The notes beneath the pieces are model-generated. The model saw only the letters and a list, made by a program, of their open reading frames with translations, ran no database searches and was not told the origin of the DNA. Positions 11,162-21,705 of a stretch of DNA of 64,000 nucleotides are shown piece by piece. Within the stretch, counting starts at the first letter, position 1. Each line of letters begins with the position of its first letter. The DNA is from a virus. A program made the position numbers and the translations under genes. The stretch covers positions 32,001 through 96,000 of the IMG/VR virus record IMGVR_UViG_3300010885_049703. One strand, given 5' to 3'.

Positions 11162-12449
11162 GCCCAAAACACTGTGCATGGCGCCATGGGTTCATACCTA
11201 TCTTTCACCGCAAACTGAACGTCGCATGTGTTGTGCCAGCAGAGAACCTGCGCAAAACTTTCAACAGTATATTGATACCCAGGCCGGTAGTGGCGAGTAT
11301 ATCCCTATTACATTAGAACAACATTGGAATGGTGATCATATGCGAGATGTACGCAGACGTATGATGGCCGGTGAATCTGTGCCTGAGTGTGACGTTTGCA
11401 ACAACAAATTATTGAATACTGACGTTTATAGAGATTATTTCTGGCAATTATTTAAACACCAGTATGACGAAATTTGGGCAACCACTGCCAGCGATGGGTC
11501 AACCACTATGCAGCCCATAAGTTGGGATTATCGTTTCAGCAATCTTTGTAATTTCAAATGTCGTACGTGTGGTGATATGTTGTCAAGCTCTTGGGAAAGT
11601 GAACAGCGCCAGTATCAGATGGTTAACTGGTCAAACCCCAAAAATAATTGGATGAAATCTGATATTCGACAACAGATTACCCAATTTCAAGACACGCAAA
11701 TTGAACAAGAGTTTGCCAAAGCAGTGGAAGAACACCGAGTAGAAGAAATATATTGGGCAGGTGGTGAACCGTTGATGTATGAACAACATTGGCGGTACAT
11801 GAAAAGAATTATTGAACTAGGAGATGGAAAACGTGTTTATGCAAGATATAACAGTAATCTTAGTCGCATCAGCTATGGCGGTGTTAATTTGTTTGATGAT
11901 ATTCTTGTTCATCTTCGCGATTGGCAGATGTGCGCGAGCCTTGACGGTACCGGCTCCACAGGAGAATACATCAGGACAGGACTTGATTACCAAAAATGGC
12001 TCAAAAATTTCCGGCACGGACTAACAGTACAGACTAATCCCAGGCAAATGCGTGTTGACTTTACATTGACATTGCCTGGCATGACCGAAGTTCTTCGCAT
12101 TGAAGAACTGTGTCATGAACTGCATGTGGCACTGTTGGCCAAAGTTATATTCAGTTTTTCCCCAGACATTGTTATGTCACCGTTGGCCTTGCCTCGGCAG
12201 CTGTTGGATCCTTGGCTAGACGATCTAATTAAACAGAGTTCAATCCCCACAATGCGTAGATTGTTAGAAGAACTAAAAACAAGACCTTGTTTTGAAGAAC
12301 AATACACTGCAAAAGAATATCGTGATGGGCTTGCTCGTGGTAAACAACGTATGTTAAAATTAGAATCAATACGTGCATGTAATACTAGCTTGGATAAAAT
12401 TTTAAAAGAAAGACCCGAAGTTTATGAATGGTGGCAATCAATTGATTAA
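11151..12449 (+). CDS. twitch-domain radical SAM protein
   Basis: LCMAPW..MCC..CDVC; CNFKCRTC; AGGEPL. Confidence 0.85.
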   Translation: MTTKPKTLCMAPWVHTYLSPQTERRMCCASREPAQNFQQYIDTQAGSGEYIPITLEQHWNGDHMRDVRRRMMAGESVPECDVCNNKLLNTDVYRDYFWQLFKHQYDEIWATTASDGSTTMQPISWDYRFSNLCNFKCRTCGDMLSSSWESEQRQYQMVNWSNPKNNWMKSDIRQQITQFQDTQIEQEFAKAVEEHRVEEIYWAGGEPLMYEQHWRYMKRIIELGDGKRVYARYNSNLSRISYGGVNLFDDILVHLRDWQMCASLDGTGSTGEYIRTGLDYQKWLKNFRHGLTVQTNPRQMRVDFTLTLPGMTEVLRIEELCHELHVALLAKVIFSFSPDIVMSPLALPRQLLDPWLDDLIKQSSIPTMRRLLEELKTRPCFEEQYTAKEYRDGLARGKQRMLKLESIRACNTSLDKILKERPEVYEWWQSID

Positions 12450-13506
12450 AGTTACATTGCGTAACCCTTTAAAAAAGTCTCAACAATTATCTTATTACAT
12501 CCAACCCTTGGATAATCAATTAGCCAAAGATTGGGTCCGGGCGTTAGAGAATGTCATTGATCAAAATTTAATGCTAGAGAAAAACTTTTGCTTTCTAGGG
12601 TTTCCGCATGCCTTGCGTTCACTGGACTATTTGTGCAATGGTCTCAATCAATCTGTTGGTCAAATCAACGACTTCTTTGGCGGACACTATCAAATCACAG
12701 AAACATATACACCTGAAAGTTGCGTGGCCGAGGACCTAGGGCCAAATCATGAAACATTTAATACATTGCACAATCACTTTGAAAGATTACAAGGCACTGT
12801 GGAGAATCTCAGTACTTTCTATCGTAGTGCCAATGATCCCACAAAGTTTGCTATTAGACAACTCAACAATATCTGTCATGAGCTTGAGAGTTTAATTTTA
12901 AGTCAGCGTAAACTTCGTCTTGATCCTGACTGGGTTAGGCCCAGCCAAATTACAACTTGGCTCAATGCCCCCAGGCATACACTAACTGATGAGCATCGTC
13001 GAGGATTCGTTGACAATGGATATCAGCGCAATTTTGGCACAGTGTATATGCATTGGTGTCAAATTGGCAAAACGTACTTTGAAGTCTGGCGAGATGAACA
13101 TGCCCCTAAACTGACAGATACAGTGTGTGAAGCCATAACACACTTACAATATTACTCAGGGGAGTTTGACATTGAATGGGGACGCACAGTTGATAATCGT
13201 GAACAGTGGTGGCTTGAAGATATAGCACCGTTCTATCAATGGCTAGACGACAATGGACTTGACAAGAATGATACATCGCTGAGTCTTGGACATTTGCCAA
13301 TCGGCACGGTATTGCTGAAAGAAAGTTTTGGTACTGAAAATTGGGAAGAAATTTGGCCAATGCTGGAGCAGCATCTAGATATATATTCAGTAGAAGTCAA
13401 CGGACATACAGCCACGTATGATTATGTCTGGAGCGACAGTGATTACAATCAATTGCAAATTGACATGTTGCGCCCAGGTTACAAACACAGTTCAAGGAAC
13501 TCGTAA
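12424..13506 (+). CDS. hypothetical protein
   Basis: 360-aa ORF coupled to neighbours; no motif recognised. Confidence 0.7.
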   Translation: MNGGNQLIKVTLRNPLKKSQQLSYYIQPLDNQLAKDWVRALENVIDQNLMLEKNFCFLGFPHALRSLDYLCNGLNQSVGQINDFFGGHYQITETYTPESCVAEDLGPNHETFNTLHNHFERLQGTVENLSTFYRSANDPTKFAIRQLNNICHELESLILSQRKLRLDPDWVRPSQITTWLNAPRHTLTDEHRRGFVDNGYQRNFGTVYMHWCQIGKTYFEVWRDEHAPKLTDTVCEAITHLQYYSGEFDIEWGRTVDNREQWWLEDIAPFYQWLDDNGLDKNDTSLSLGHLPIGTVLLKESFGTENWEEIWPMLEQHLDIYSVEVNGHTATYDYVWSDSDYNQLQIDMLRPGYKHSSRNS

Positions 13507-13607
13507 TGAATTTTTTTAAAAAATGGTGGGATTGGATTCGTTTAGAAATCCGTTACCGCCGCAAACTGCGCGAACTTCGTAAAAGAGATCCGTTCATATA
13601 CAAATGA
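13506..13607 (+). CDS. 33-aa micro-protein ending RKRDPFIYK
   Basis: read from sequence: MNFFKKWWDWIRLEIRYRRKLRELRKRDPFIYK; TAATG and ATGA coupling on both sides. Confidence 0.7.
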   Translation: MNFFKKWWDWIRLEIRYRRKLRELRKRDPFIYK

Positions 13608-15085
13608 ATATCCTAGGTATCTCAGCCGGGTTTCACGATGCTGCAATAAGTCTAGTGGATCATCACGGTGATATACTATTTGCCGGGCACAGTGAACGAT
13701 ACAGTAAAGTAAAGAACGATTCGGACATTTGTCAAGCATTGTTGTCTGAGATTCGTGACTACCAAATTGATACCATAGCATACTATGAACGTCCATTAGC
13801 AAAGCAATTACGACAATGGTACAGTGGGCAAGGCATTGAATGGAACAAGTTGTTGGCCAAGAGTATTGTACGTGATCAATGTGCACCGTGGCTACCCAAC
13901 AACCCCCGACAAATAAAGTCGTTCAATCATCATTTGAGCCATGCAGCAGCAGGATTTCAAACCAGTACTTTTGATCGTGCCACAGTGGTAGTGATAGACG
14001 CTATTGGTGAATGGGACACGGTTAGTATCTGGGGAGCTGAATATGTCAACGGTCGGGCAAAGTATACAAAACTATGGGGACAACGATATCCACATAGCAT
14101 AGGATTGTTTTATAGTGCTATGACTCAACGTGTAGGCCTTAAACCCAACGAAGATGAATACATCTTAATGGGCATGAGTGCATATGGTAAACGTGATCTT
14201 GGGGATGTGATTAGTCATCGTTTCGTACACGATGAAGTTGATATTCTGTTTAAAGAAAACTTACATACCGGCATTGTGGCTGATTATCTTGGATACGCAC
14301 AGGATACAGATATTGCTGCCGGTACACAGGATCTAGCAGAAACGTTGATATACAATGTAATGCGTCGTGCAAGAGAGTTTAACTGGAGCACGAATCTTGT
14401 TTATATGGGCGGTGTTGCCCTTAACTGTTTAGCGAATAGGAACCTTGGTGAATACTTTGAACATATATGGATTATGCCTAATCCTGGTGATGCTGGTAGT
14501 AGCCTTGGTGCTGCGGCACTTGCCTATGGTGGTCGTCTCAACTGGCGCAATGCTTATCTTGGGCATAATATACCTGGGCCATATCCTGTTGATTCCCTTC
14601 TTGATAGCCTACTGGCTGATGGGATTGTTGGTGTTGCTAACGGTCGTGCAGAGTTTGGGCCAAGAGCATTAGGCAATCGTAGTTTGCTGGCAGACCCACG
14701 TGGCGCAGATATAAAGGACAGAGTGAATGAAATTAAGCGACGTCAAAAATTTAGACCATTCGCCCCTGTTGTACTGGAGGAGATGGCTGATCAGTACTTT
14801 GATTTCCACCCTGGGTGGTGTAATAGCCGTTATATGCAGTCAGTCGCTCGTTGTCGCTTTCCTAGTGATTATCCTGCTATCTGTCATCATGATGGGACCA
14901 GTAGAGTACAGACGGTTCCAAAGGACGGTTCAGGAATCAGAGAACTGTTAGAAAAGTGGTTTATACTGACTGATTGCCCTATGCTACTCAACACAAGTTT
15001 AAACATTCGAGGTGAACCAATGGTCAATGATCGCAGCGATGCAGATAGGTTTGAAAATTTATATAAAGTAAAGGTACTAAGTTAA
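13604..15085 (+). CDS. carbamoyltransferase (NodU/CmcH family)
   Basis: ILGISAGFHDAA, HHLSHAA, DAIGE, GGVALNC, EFGPRALGNRS, LLNTSLN. Confidence 0.92.
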   Translation: MNILGISAGFHDAAISLVDHHGDILFAGHSERYSKVKNDSDICQALLSEIRDYQIDTIAYYERPLAKQLRQWYSGQGIEWNKLLAKSIVRDQCAPWLPNNPRQIKSFNHHLSHAAAGFQTSTFDRATVVVIDAIGEWDTVSIWGAEYVNGRAKYTKLWGQRYPHSIGLFYSAMTQRVGLKPNEDEYILMGMSAYGKRDLGDVISHRFVHDEVDILFKENLHTGIVADYLGYAQDTDIAAGTQDLAETLIYNVMRRAREFNWSTNLVYMGGVALNCLANRNLGEYFEHIWIMPNPGDAGSSLGAAALAYGGRLNWRNAYLGHNIPGPYPVDSLLDSLLADGIVGVANGRAEFGPRALGNRSLLADPRGADIKDRVNEIKRRQKFRPFAPVVLEEMADQYFDFHPGWCNSRYMQSVARCRFPSDYPAICHHDGTSRVQTVPKDGSGIRELLEKWFILTDCPMLLNTSLNIRGEPMVNDRSDADRFENLYKVKVLS

Positions 15086-15864
15086 TGATTTCCTCCACTA
15101 CAACTCGCTACAGAGATAATTTTTATTATTACAACAATGATGAAGTCATAGGTCGTAGTTTACAAAAGTACGGTGAGTATGGTCAAACTGAACTTGATTT
15201 TTTACTTTGGATTGTTGATCAACGTTATACAGTGTATGATGTAGGCGCCAACATAGGAGTATATTCCACAGCATTTGCATCTCGTGGTGCTCAAGTCTAT
15301 GCGTTTGAACCAAACCCCCACAATTATTCTTTGTTGAAACGAAATACCGAAGGATTAACTAATGTACATTGTCGACAAAATGCTATTGGCAATGGGCTTG
15401 GAAAAATCTCTATTGAAGATTTTAATCCTGAAGAATCTGGCAACTATGGAACAATGTCAACCAAACATAATCGCGGTGTTGAAGTAGACTTAATGGCATT
15501 AGACTATCTTGATATCCCTATACCTAACTTGCTAAAAATTGATGTAGAGGGAGCCGAGCTCGATGTGTTGTTGGGCTGCGAGAAAAAAATTGCTGAATCA
15601 GTGCCATGCATTGTGTATGAAGCACACGAAACCGAACAGTTTAGTGAGATTTGGCATTTCTTAAAACAATTTGATTATCGTTTGTATTGGTTGCAATGCA
15701 TGAATTACAATCCCAAGAACTTCAATGAGAATTCAGAAAACATATTTGAAAACACTGCATTGTTTAGTGTAGTGGCTTGGCCTCCAGGTTGGCCACTGTC
15801 ATTGACTGCTCAAGAAGTCACTGGCCCCAATGACGACTGGCACAAATTTGAAACTTACAGATAA
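15085..15864 (+). CDS. FkbM family methyltransferase
   Basis: YDVGANIG, AFEPNP, LKIDVEGAE. Confidence 0.9.
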   Translation: MISSTTTRYRDNFYYYNNDEVIGRSLQKYGEYGQTELDFLLWIVDQRYTVYDVGANIGVYSTAFASRGAQVYAFEPNPHNYSLLKRNTEGLTNVHCRQNAIGNGLGKISIEDFNPEESGNYGTMSTKHNRGVEVDLMALDYLDIPIPNLLKIDVEGAELDVLLGCEKKIAESVPCIVYEAHETEQFSEIWHFLKQFDYRLYWLQCMNYNPKNFNENSENIFENTALFSVVAWPPGWPLSLTAQEVTGPNDDWHKFETYR

Positions 15865-16895
15865 GTCTCAAGACCGCCGCGACGTCTGATGTCTTGTGTG
15901 CAGCAACTAATACCTCCGTCCCAGAAGTAACTGTGACGGAGTTCGCTTATTATGGGATTGATTTGATGTCGCTCGCAAAAATCAAATACAGTTTTATTGT
16001 AGGCACTGAAAATTACATTTGATTCATCTAGTACCAGGCAGTTGACATCAAACACTGTCTCGGCAACAAACCCAGTCCACTTTGCCAAATAGGTATTGAC
16101 ATACTCTGTAAATTCAGCAGTGGGTGTTTGTCCTTGTACATACCAAGCACCAGGTGATTCCTCATAACGGAATTTTCCTATTTCCATGGCAGCATGTATA
16201 CTTGAATCCCAAATTTTACATACTTCCCATCCAGGAAAGTCTTGATCAAAATGTAAGTTTACATCGTGTTTACTTGACAGTATCACACCTGGTTTAAGTA
16301 TGGCAAACACAGCATCACCGTGCCCATCTGTTACAGCTTCATGTATTCTATACTCAGCACCTAGTACATTATCAACTATCCAACGACTTTGATCCGGGCG
16401 CAAGAAGTCACTGTTGTCAAAAAATACATCACGGCCCACACGCACAATGCAACTAGCCGACGCACCGTTTAGTATACAGTTTGGATCCCAGTTAGCACCA
16501 TGTGGATTAATGATGCACCCTGGTTGCCCTTGATTATACTCAGAACAAATATCGTTTAATTCAATCATAGGCAATACACGTAACAATTTATTACCTAGTG
16601 TTATTTGCCAATCTCTTGGAGTCAACGGCGGTAAAGGAACACCTTCGTTTCTGATTTGACTTTTTTGAAACCAATTAATATCAGGCAATTTAGGTCTGCG
16701 TACCTTGGCCCCAAAGGTTTCAATGGTGCGTTGAAGATTGTCAAGATCTTCGGCAGTTTCTAACAGTATTTGTTGTAACTGACTACGAACCTGCGGGCTG
16801 TCAATGAAGTCAAAGTATTCAGGATTGTAAGCACGACCCACGATAACTTCTTCTAATGGTTGCCAGCTGGTAAATGAATTAATTAATGGAGTCAT
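15855..16895 (-). CDS. amidinotransferase
   Basis: PLEEVIVG, PRD, GHGD, FDVN, GGISCCTQDIRR. Confidence 0.8.
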   Translation of the reverse strand: MTPLINSFTSWQPLEEVIVGRAYNPEYFDFIDSPQVRSQLQQILLETAEDLDNLQRTIETFGAKVRRPKLPDINWFQKSQIRNEGVPLPPLTPRDWQITLGNKLLRVLPMIELNDICSEYNQGQPGCIINPHGANWDPNCILNGASASCIVRVGRDVFFDNSDFLRPDQSRWIVDNVLGAEYRIHEAVTDGHGDAVFAILKPGVILSSKHDVNLHFDQDFPGWEVCKIWDSSIHAAMEIGKFRYEESPGAWYVQGQTPTAEFTEYVNTYLAKWTGFVAETVFDVNCLVLDESNVIFSAYNKTVFDFCERHQINPIISELRHSYFWDGGISCCTQDIRRRGGLETYL

Positions 16896-18069
16896 TGAGT
16901 TGTTTGGTTAGGGTATTTAAGCGGTTGTATTTTGACGACCAAAATAACTGTTGATTATGTCTAGCATCATCTTCGCACTGTTGAATCCATAGATCTAGAT
17001 TTTGAATCAATATACTAGAGATCGCAGCACGAATATTGATCCAACGATATGTACTATCTTCAATTTGATCATAACCATTGATTATACAATGATCAAATGT
17101 TCGGTATCCCAATGATTTTAATGTAGCCAGGCTGTTTGGCGGTGCCACTAGGATAAAAGGTTGTGTATGTTTAATTGGCTTAAAAGTTTTTTCTGTTAAA
17201 AAAGTACCACCACTTTGGTCAGCATCAAACATTGTTTCCAACACAACATGAAAATAACTATCTTGAAAATGTTCAGGAACAAGTGTATGATGTTGATTTT
17301 GAGAAGTTGTATCTAAGTCATCGCATCTATATGGAGCACCAGTAAGAAATTGATCAATATAAAGTGGTAATTTAGGAAACCAATTAAGATCTATAGGGTT
17401 GTCATTGGAGTTTTCATTGATGCTCACTGTATTGTAACTCCAGTAGGCATTATCAAGCATGTGCGATCTATGCAAATCAGCAACAACAGCAGCACGCCAC
17501 CATTTGTGTGTACGGCTCAACATGGTAAATGTTTTACTACGTGCTGTATGTTGCCAAGTTAATGGTTTATGTTTTTTATTAGCTCGCCAATAAAATAATT
17601 CATGATCGGCAAAATAAAAAAATCCTGGTATATTAGAGGATGCAGTATTGCCACTAACAAACCTATAACATTCTGTACTAAGATTGTGCTGCAAACACAA
17701 TTCATCAAGTCTTGTTTTTTCATGTGCAGGGTTATCACCTTCGTGGTAATAAAATAATACATGTAACTGTCCTTGATGTACAAGTTTTAAAGTACTGGCC
17801 GGAATTAGATTAAAATAATCAACATCAAAATTAAAAAATCCCAAGCCTATGGGATAAAAACATTGTGCGGGAATATGATCGTCAACTGCGTAAAGTTCAA
17901 TAGGAAAATTGTGATCTTGGCCATAATACAGCAAACGCAAAGGAACTACAAACGGGTATTGACTGCCCAAGTGACTATATCCTTCGCCAAGATCTTGCAA
18001 GGGTACTAAATTGGGATAAGGTTCCCCATTGACAAAGTGATCAAATACTAAGTTTAGTTTGTAAGTCAT
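16879..18069 (-). CDS. GT-B-like protein of the ET...TEK family
   Basis: YFHVVLET..FLTEKTFKPI..GYRTFD; start taken at MTYKLNL. Confidence 0.5.
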   Translation of the reverse strand: MTYKLNLVFDHFVNGEPYPNLVPLQDLGEGYSHLGSQYPFVVPLRLLYYGQDHNFPIELYAVDDHIPAQCFYPIGLGFFNFDVDYFNLIPASTLKLVHQGQLHVLFYYHEGDNPAHEKTRLDELCLQHNLSTECYRFVSGNTASSNIPGFFYFADHELFYWRANKKHKPLTWQHTARSKTFTMLSRTHKWWRAAVVADLHRSHMLDNAYWSYNTVSINENSNDNPIDLNWFPKLPLYIDQFLTGAPYRCDDLDTTSQNQHHTLVPEHFQDSYFHVVLETMFDADQSGGTFLTEKTFKPIKHTQPFILVAPPNSLATLKSLGYRTFDHCIINGYDQIEDSTYRWINIRAAISSILIQNLDLWIQQCEDDARHNQQLFWSSKYNRLNTLTKQLNDSIN

Positions 18070-19150
18070 CAAGCATCTCTTGCATTTCTTTCCATAATAC
18101 AGATTCAAAACTACCACTATAAAAATGATTGTAGTTGTGATTGATCACAGGTAAAATACTGTGAAACAATGTTGTTTTATCATCAGGGGTTAAACTATCA
18201 AGATGTTTCAACAGTTGTCCAATGAGTTCTATTCTCTTTTGGTCATCGGGCTCGTCGTCGTAACTTTCGTCCCAGAAATCACCAAAGGTTTGGAATCCAT
18301 AACTTCGCAAATATGCCAAGCTACCACACGTTCCTACTAATACAAACGGCATTTGTAGACAAATAGGTTTGAATACTTTTTCAGTTAGGTGTTGTCTAGC
18401 TCCTGTGGCAATAGTTTCGGTTACAAGATATAACAAACATTGACTTGACTCATTAAACAAATCTAGTTTTGAACTTTGACTTGCGGAAACTTCGCCTTCG
18501 TTTTCAAACTGTAGTGGTAATGTCTGTTGTGAAAATACAGATTGTATATCAGGGTACCACTGTAGCAGTGGTTCAACCGCATCAACAACAGATATGTTTT
18601 CGGCTGGGCAGATATCTGGACAACTAATCAGATTGTTAGTTAATTGATTTTTAAAAATATGATACAACATCAACAACCGATGATGTCGTTGCCCGGCTAC
18701 AATACGATTTGGAGCAATAAATGTGTGAGTAATTTTTCTTTGACTGGGATCAGTTACTAGATAGGTATAATTGTAACCCCGAAACCAATCCAATGCAGCC
18801 CATCCGTTATAAAAATAATAGAATTGGAGCCAATCATAGGTTTGACAAATTCTATCTACTGTGCTACTATTGTATTCGCTAGTGATAATAACACCATGTC
18901 CGGGGCATTTCAACACATTGTCTTGACTGGCAAAAATATGCTGTAACACCGGGCGCAACCGAGAGAAGTCTAACGGCTCTTGGTCAAATACGAATATATA
19001 ATTGAACTCGTTGCCCGGCGGTGCATAGTTTTTGAGATCAGCCAGCCGCGTGTGACCAGGTGGATCACAGAACCACATACGTGTTCTGGGAATGTTTCTT
19101 TTTATGAATGGCCAAAATGTATGATTGTAAATCTCGTCAATTCTAATCAT
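18041..19150 (-). CDS. GT-B-like protein of the ET...TEK family
   Basis: LYLVTET..HLTEKVFKPI..GFQTFG.WDESYD. Confidence 0.5.
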   Translation of the reverse strand: MIRIDEIYNHTFWPFIKRNIPRTRMWFCDPPGHTRLADLKNYAPPGNEFNYIFVFDQEPLDFSRLRPVLQHIFASQDNVLKCPGHGVIITSEYNSSTVDRICQTYDWLQFYYFYNGWAALDWFRGYNYTYLVTDPSQRKITHTFIAPNRIVAGQRHHRLLMLYHIFKNQLTNNLISCPDICPAENISVVDAVEPLLQWYPDIQSVFSQQTLPLQFENEGEVSASQSSKLDLFNESSQCLLYLVTETIATGARQHLTEKVFKPICLQMPFVLVGTCGSLAYLRSYGFQTFGDFWDESYDDEPDDQKRIELIGQLLKHLDSLTPDDKTTLFHSILPVINHNYNHFYSGSFESVLWKEMQEMLDDLQTKLSI

Positions 19151-20819
19151 GTTTGATGTATTTTATTTTGATCGCAAGCCCAACTTATTCCCACATGAAC
19201 GTTGGGCAAAGAATTTAGAAGATGCAAAAACTCAAAGTCGTACTAGATTTTTCTGGGTAGTCAACTACTTATCGGACTATACAGACTTTGATTTTCTTTG
19301 GGAACCAACTCCCTGGGAAGCGCACCAACGACATGTTTGGCCCAGTCAATGGCAACGAGATGGTGGCACACAGTTAGTGCCCAAACAAGGATTTACGGAT
19401 ACCAATTACGATCACACTACAGTGCCAAGAAAAGCCGGCGTTGATATTGTGTATGTTGACCATGGCAACCCAGAATCTCCCACAGTTAAACTCACACAAC
19501 GTGTGAGATACGTCGACAATTACCTTGACACATTAAAACGCATTGCCGCAGCAGAAACCAATGAATGGATATGGATCACCAGCAGCATCTGCGACTACAC
19601 TGACTTTGATTTTTCATGGCATCCTGAACCTTGGCAAGCGGACATGCTGCATGTATTTGCCAGCGGTCAACAACGCTTTGGTGATACGTTTTACATGCAT
19701 GTACCCAGTGCCCGGCAACGTCTTGGTGATGTGGAATTATTAGATTGGTATGCATTGAACTTTGTTACAGATATTGTAGTACCGCGGCATCATATTCCAG
19801 TTAACTGGCATCGCAAGGACACACACATTGATGCAATAAAGCAGCACGAGTTTCGGGCACCTTTGGAAATATTCACTTGCACTAATGTTGATGTTCCGTT
19901 GCCTGAAGTTAACCTATGGCGTAGCAAGACTAAAACTATCGTATCATTAAGTGCAGGTGCATCGGCTGTGATAGTTCCGCAAGTGGCAGCACCCACAATT
20001 AAAACACAACTCTATGATTATCCTTACATAGATAAGACCTATAACAATTGTGTGGAAGATCGTTTACAAGATGTAATCTTTATCAGCAACGGCGAGCCCA
20101 TGGCCGAAGCGAATTGGAACAATCTACAAGAACTGTGTCCCAGAGCACGTCGTAGCGATGGAGTTACCGGCCGTGAAGCAGCATACAAAGCAGCAGCCGC
20201 TATGAGTGACACACCTTGGTTCTTTGCTGTGTTTGCCAAAACAGAAGTGTTACCTGAATTCAAATTTGATTTCCAACCTGATCGTATGCAACAGCCCAAG
20301 CACTATATTTTTCACAGTCGCAATCCAGTTAATGGATTAGAGTATGGTGCCATGAATATTAACTTGTACAATCGCCAACTCACCTTAGATACACGACCCG
20401 GCTTAGACTTCACATTGAGTTCGGCACATGAAGTAGTACCCATCGTAGCCAGTATCTCAAGATTCAACACTGATCCTTGGATCAGTTGGCGCAGTGCATT
20501 TAGAGAAGTGTTGAAACTAAAGCGTGAAGTTGACTTTGGTGCTGACGTAGAAATACAATATCGTCTAGACACATGGTGTACTCGTGCTGAAGGAGAAAAT
20601 GCTGAATGGGTGTTGCAAGGTGCACAGGATGCCTTGGCATATTATGCGGAAGTCAACGGGCGACTATCACAGTTACAGTTGAGCTTTGACTGGGCTTGGT
20701 TAAAACAATGGTTTGAAAGCCGGCATGGATACCAGCTATGGGCTAAAACTGATCAACAAACTCCTGAGTCACAAACCAATTTAGATATTGCTCAACTCCT
20801 AATTCAAGGGATATTGTAG
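19149..20819 (+). CDS. multi-domain glycosyltransferase-like protein with internal repeats
   Basis: repeated W(V/I)..DYTDFDF.W.P.PW unit (two copies plus a degenerate third); C-terminal DVIFISNGEP domain homologous to 1876..2802. Confidence 0.55.
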   Translation: MFDVFYFDRKPNLFPHERWAKNLEDAKTQSRTRFFWVVNYLSDYTDFDFLWEPTPWEAHQRHVWPSQWQRDGGTQLVPKQGFTDTNYDHTTVPRKAGVDIVYVDHGNPESPTVKLTQRVRYVDNYLDTLKRIAAAETNEWIWITSSICDYTDFDFSWHPEPWQADMLHVFASGQQRFGDTFYMHVPSARQRLGDVELLDWYALNFVTDIVVPRHHIPVNWHRKDTHIDAIKQHEFRAPLEIFTCTNVDVPLPEVNLWRSKTKTIVSLSAGASAVIVPQVAAPTIKTQLYDYPYIDKTYNNCVEDRLQDVIFISNGEPMAEANWNNLQELCPRARRSDGVTGREAAYKAAAAMSDTPWFFAVFAKTEVLPEFKFDFQPDRMQQPKHYIFHSRNPVNGLEYGAMNINLYNRQLTLDTRPGLDFTLSSAHEVVPIVASISRFNTDPWISWRSAFREVLKLKREVDFGADVEIQYRLDTWCTRAEGENAEWVLQGAQDALAYYAEVNGRLSQLQLSFDWAWLKQWFESRHGYQLWAKTDQQTPESQTNLDIAQLLIQGIL

Positions 20820-21705
20820 GATTCCAGTCAGTTACAGTTTTTAGTTTGTCACTGTCAAGAGTATCTCTATTGGGATAAAATGCATCGTGTGGTTGAGTGA
20901 TAATCTCAGCCGGAAGCCTTGCTGCAATTAGTTCTGCCGCTTCGATAATCTTTCTTCCCTGTCCTCTTGTGCAATTAAAAATTTCATTGGCTGCAGCAGG
21001 GTGTACAGCCGCAGTGACAAAAGCAGCAGCAACATCAGTGACATAACTAAAGTCTAATCGATTGTCAGGACCGTTCACATGTATCCGGCCAGTCTTGATG
21101 GCACCCACAGTCATCTTACTGATCACACGTACTACCATATCACGCACACCATACAATGCACTGGGGCGTAGAATACTGTATTCTAAGCCATGCTCGTGCT
21201 GCCAAATCTTACACATACGTTCGCATTGTAGTTTATAACTTCCGTACAATGTCAATGGATTACATTCAGCAGTTTCATTGGGAATATTACCACCAAAGTC
21301 TCCATATACCATTGACGAACTGGCCAATACAAAACGTTGAACTTTAAACTCCACACATAGATCCAATGCAATGGCAGTGGCTGCAATCATGTTAGTTGTG
21401 GCATCAACTACATTCTTCTTCACCATCTTGGCATTGGGGTATGTGGCAAGATCAATCACAACATCAGGGCCAACCTCAGAAAATACTTGTCGCAATTTTT
21501 CAGAGTTGCAGACATCAACATTCCATGCTGAATGGAATCCTATAAAGGCAGTGCGTTGGTCAAGCACAGGATTATATTCCCAATCCTTATACTCGCCGTA
21601 TTGATGATGTATGTCAACAACGTTGACTTGATGACCAAGATCAATGAGCTGGCGTGCAACATTGTGTCCGATAAATCCATGTCCACCTAGTATTAATATT
21701 TTCAT
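20743..21705 (-). CDS. NAD-dependent epimerase/dehydratase
   Basis: GGHGFIG, SSSMVYG, YGSYK. Confidence 0.9.
   Translation of the reverse strand: MKILILGGHGFIGHNVARQLIDLGHQVNVVDIHHQYGEYKDWEYNPVLDQRTAFIGFHSAWNVDVCNSEKLRQVFSEVGPDVVIDLATYPNAKMVKKNVVDATTNMIAATAIALDLCVEFKVQRFVLASSSMVYGDFGGNIPNETAECNPLTLYGSYKLQCERMCKIWQHEHGLEYSILRPSALYGVRDMVVRVISKMTVGAIKTGRIHVNGPDNRLDFSYVTDVAAAFVTAAVHPAAANEIFNCTRGQGRKIIEAAELIAARLPAEIITQPHDAFYPNRDTLDSDKLKTVTDWNPTISLELGVEQYLNWFVTQEFVDQF

Noticed and set aside
13506-16895. Saxitoxin-like cluster (carbamoyltransferase, amidinotransferase, PFIY peptide)
   Set aside because: No SxtA-like PKS or other core sxt genes; the resemblance is at family level only
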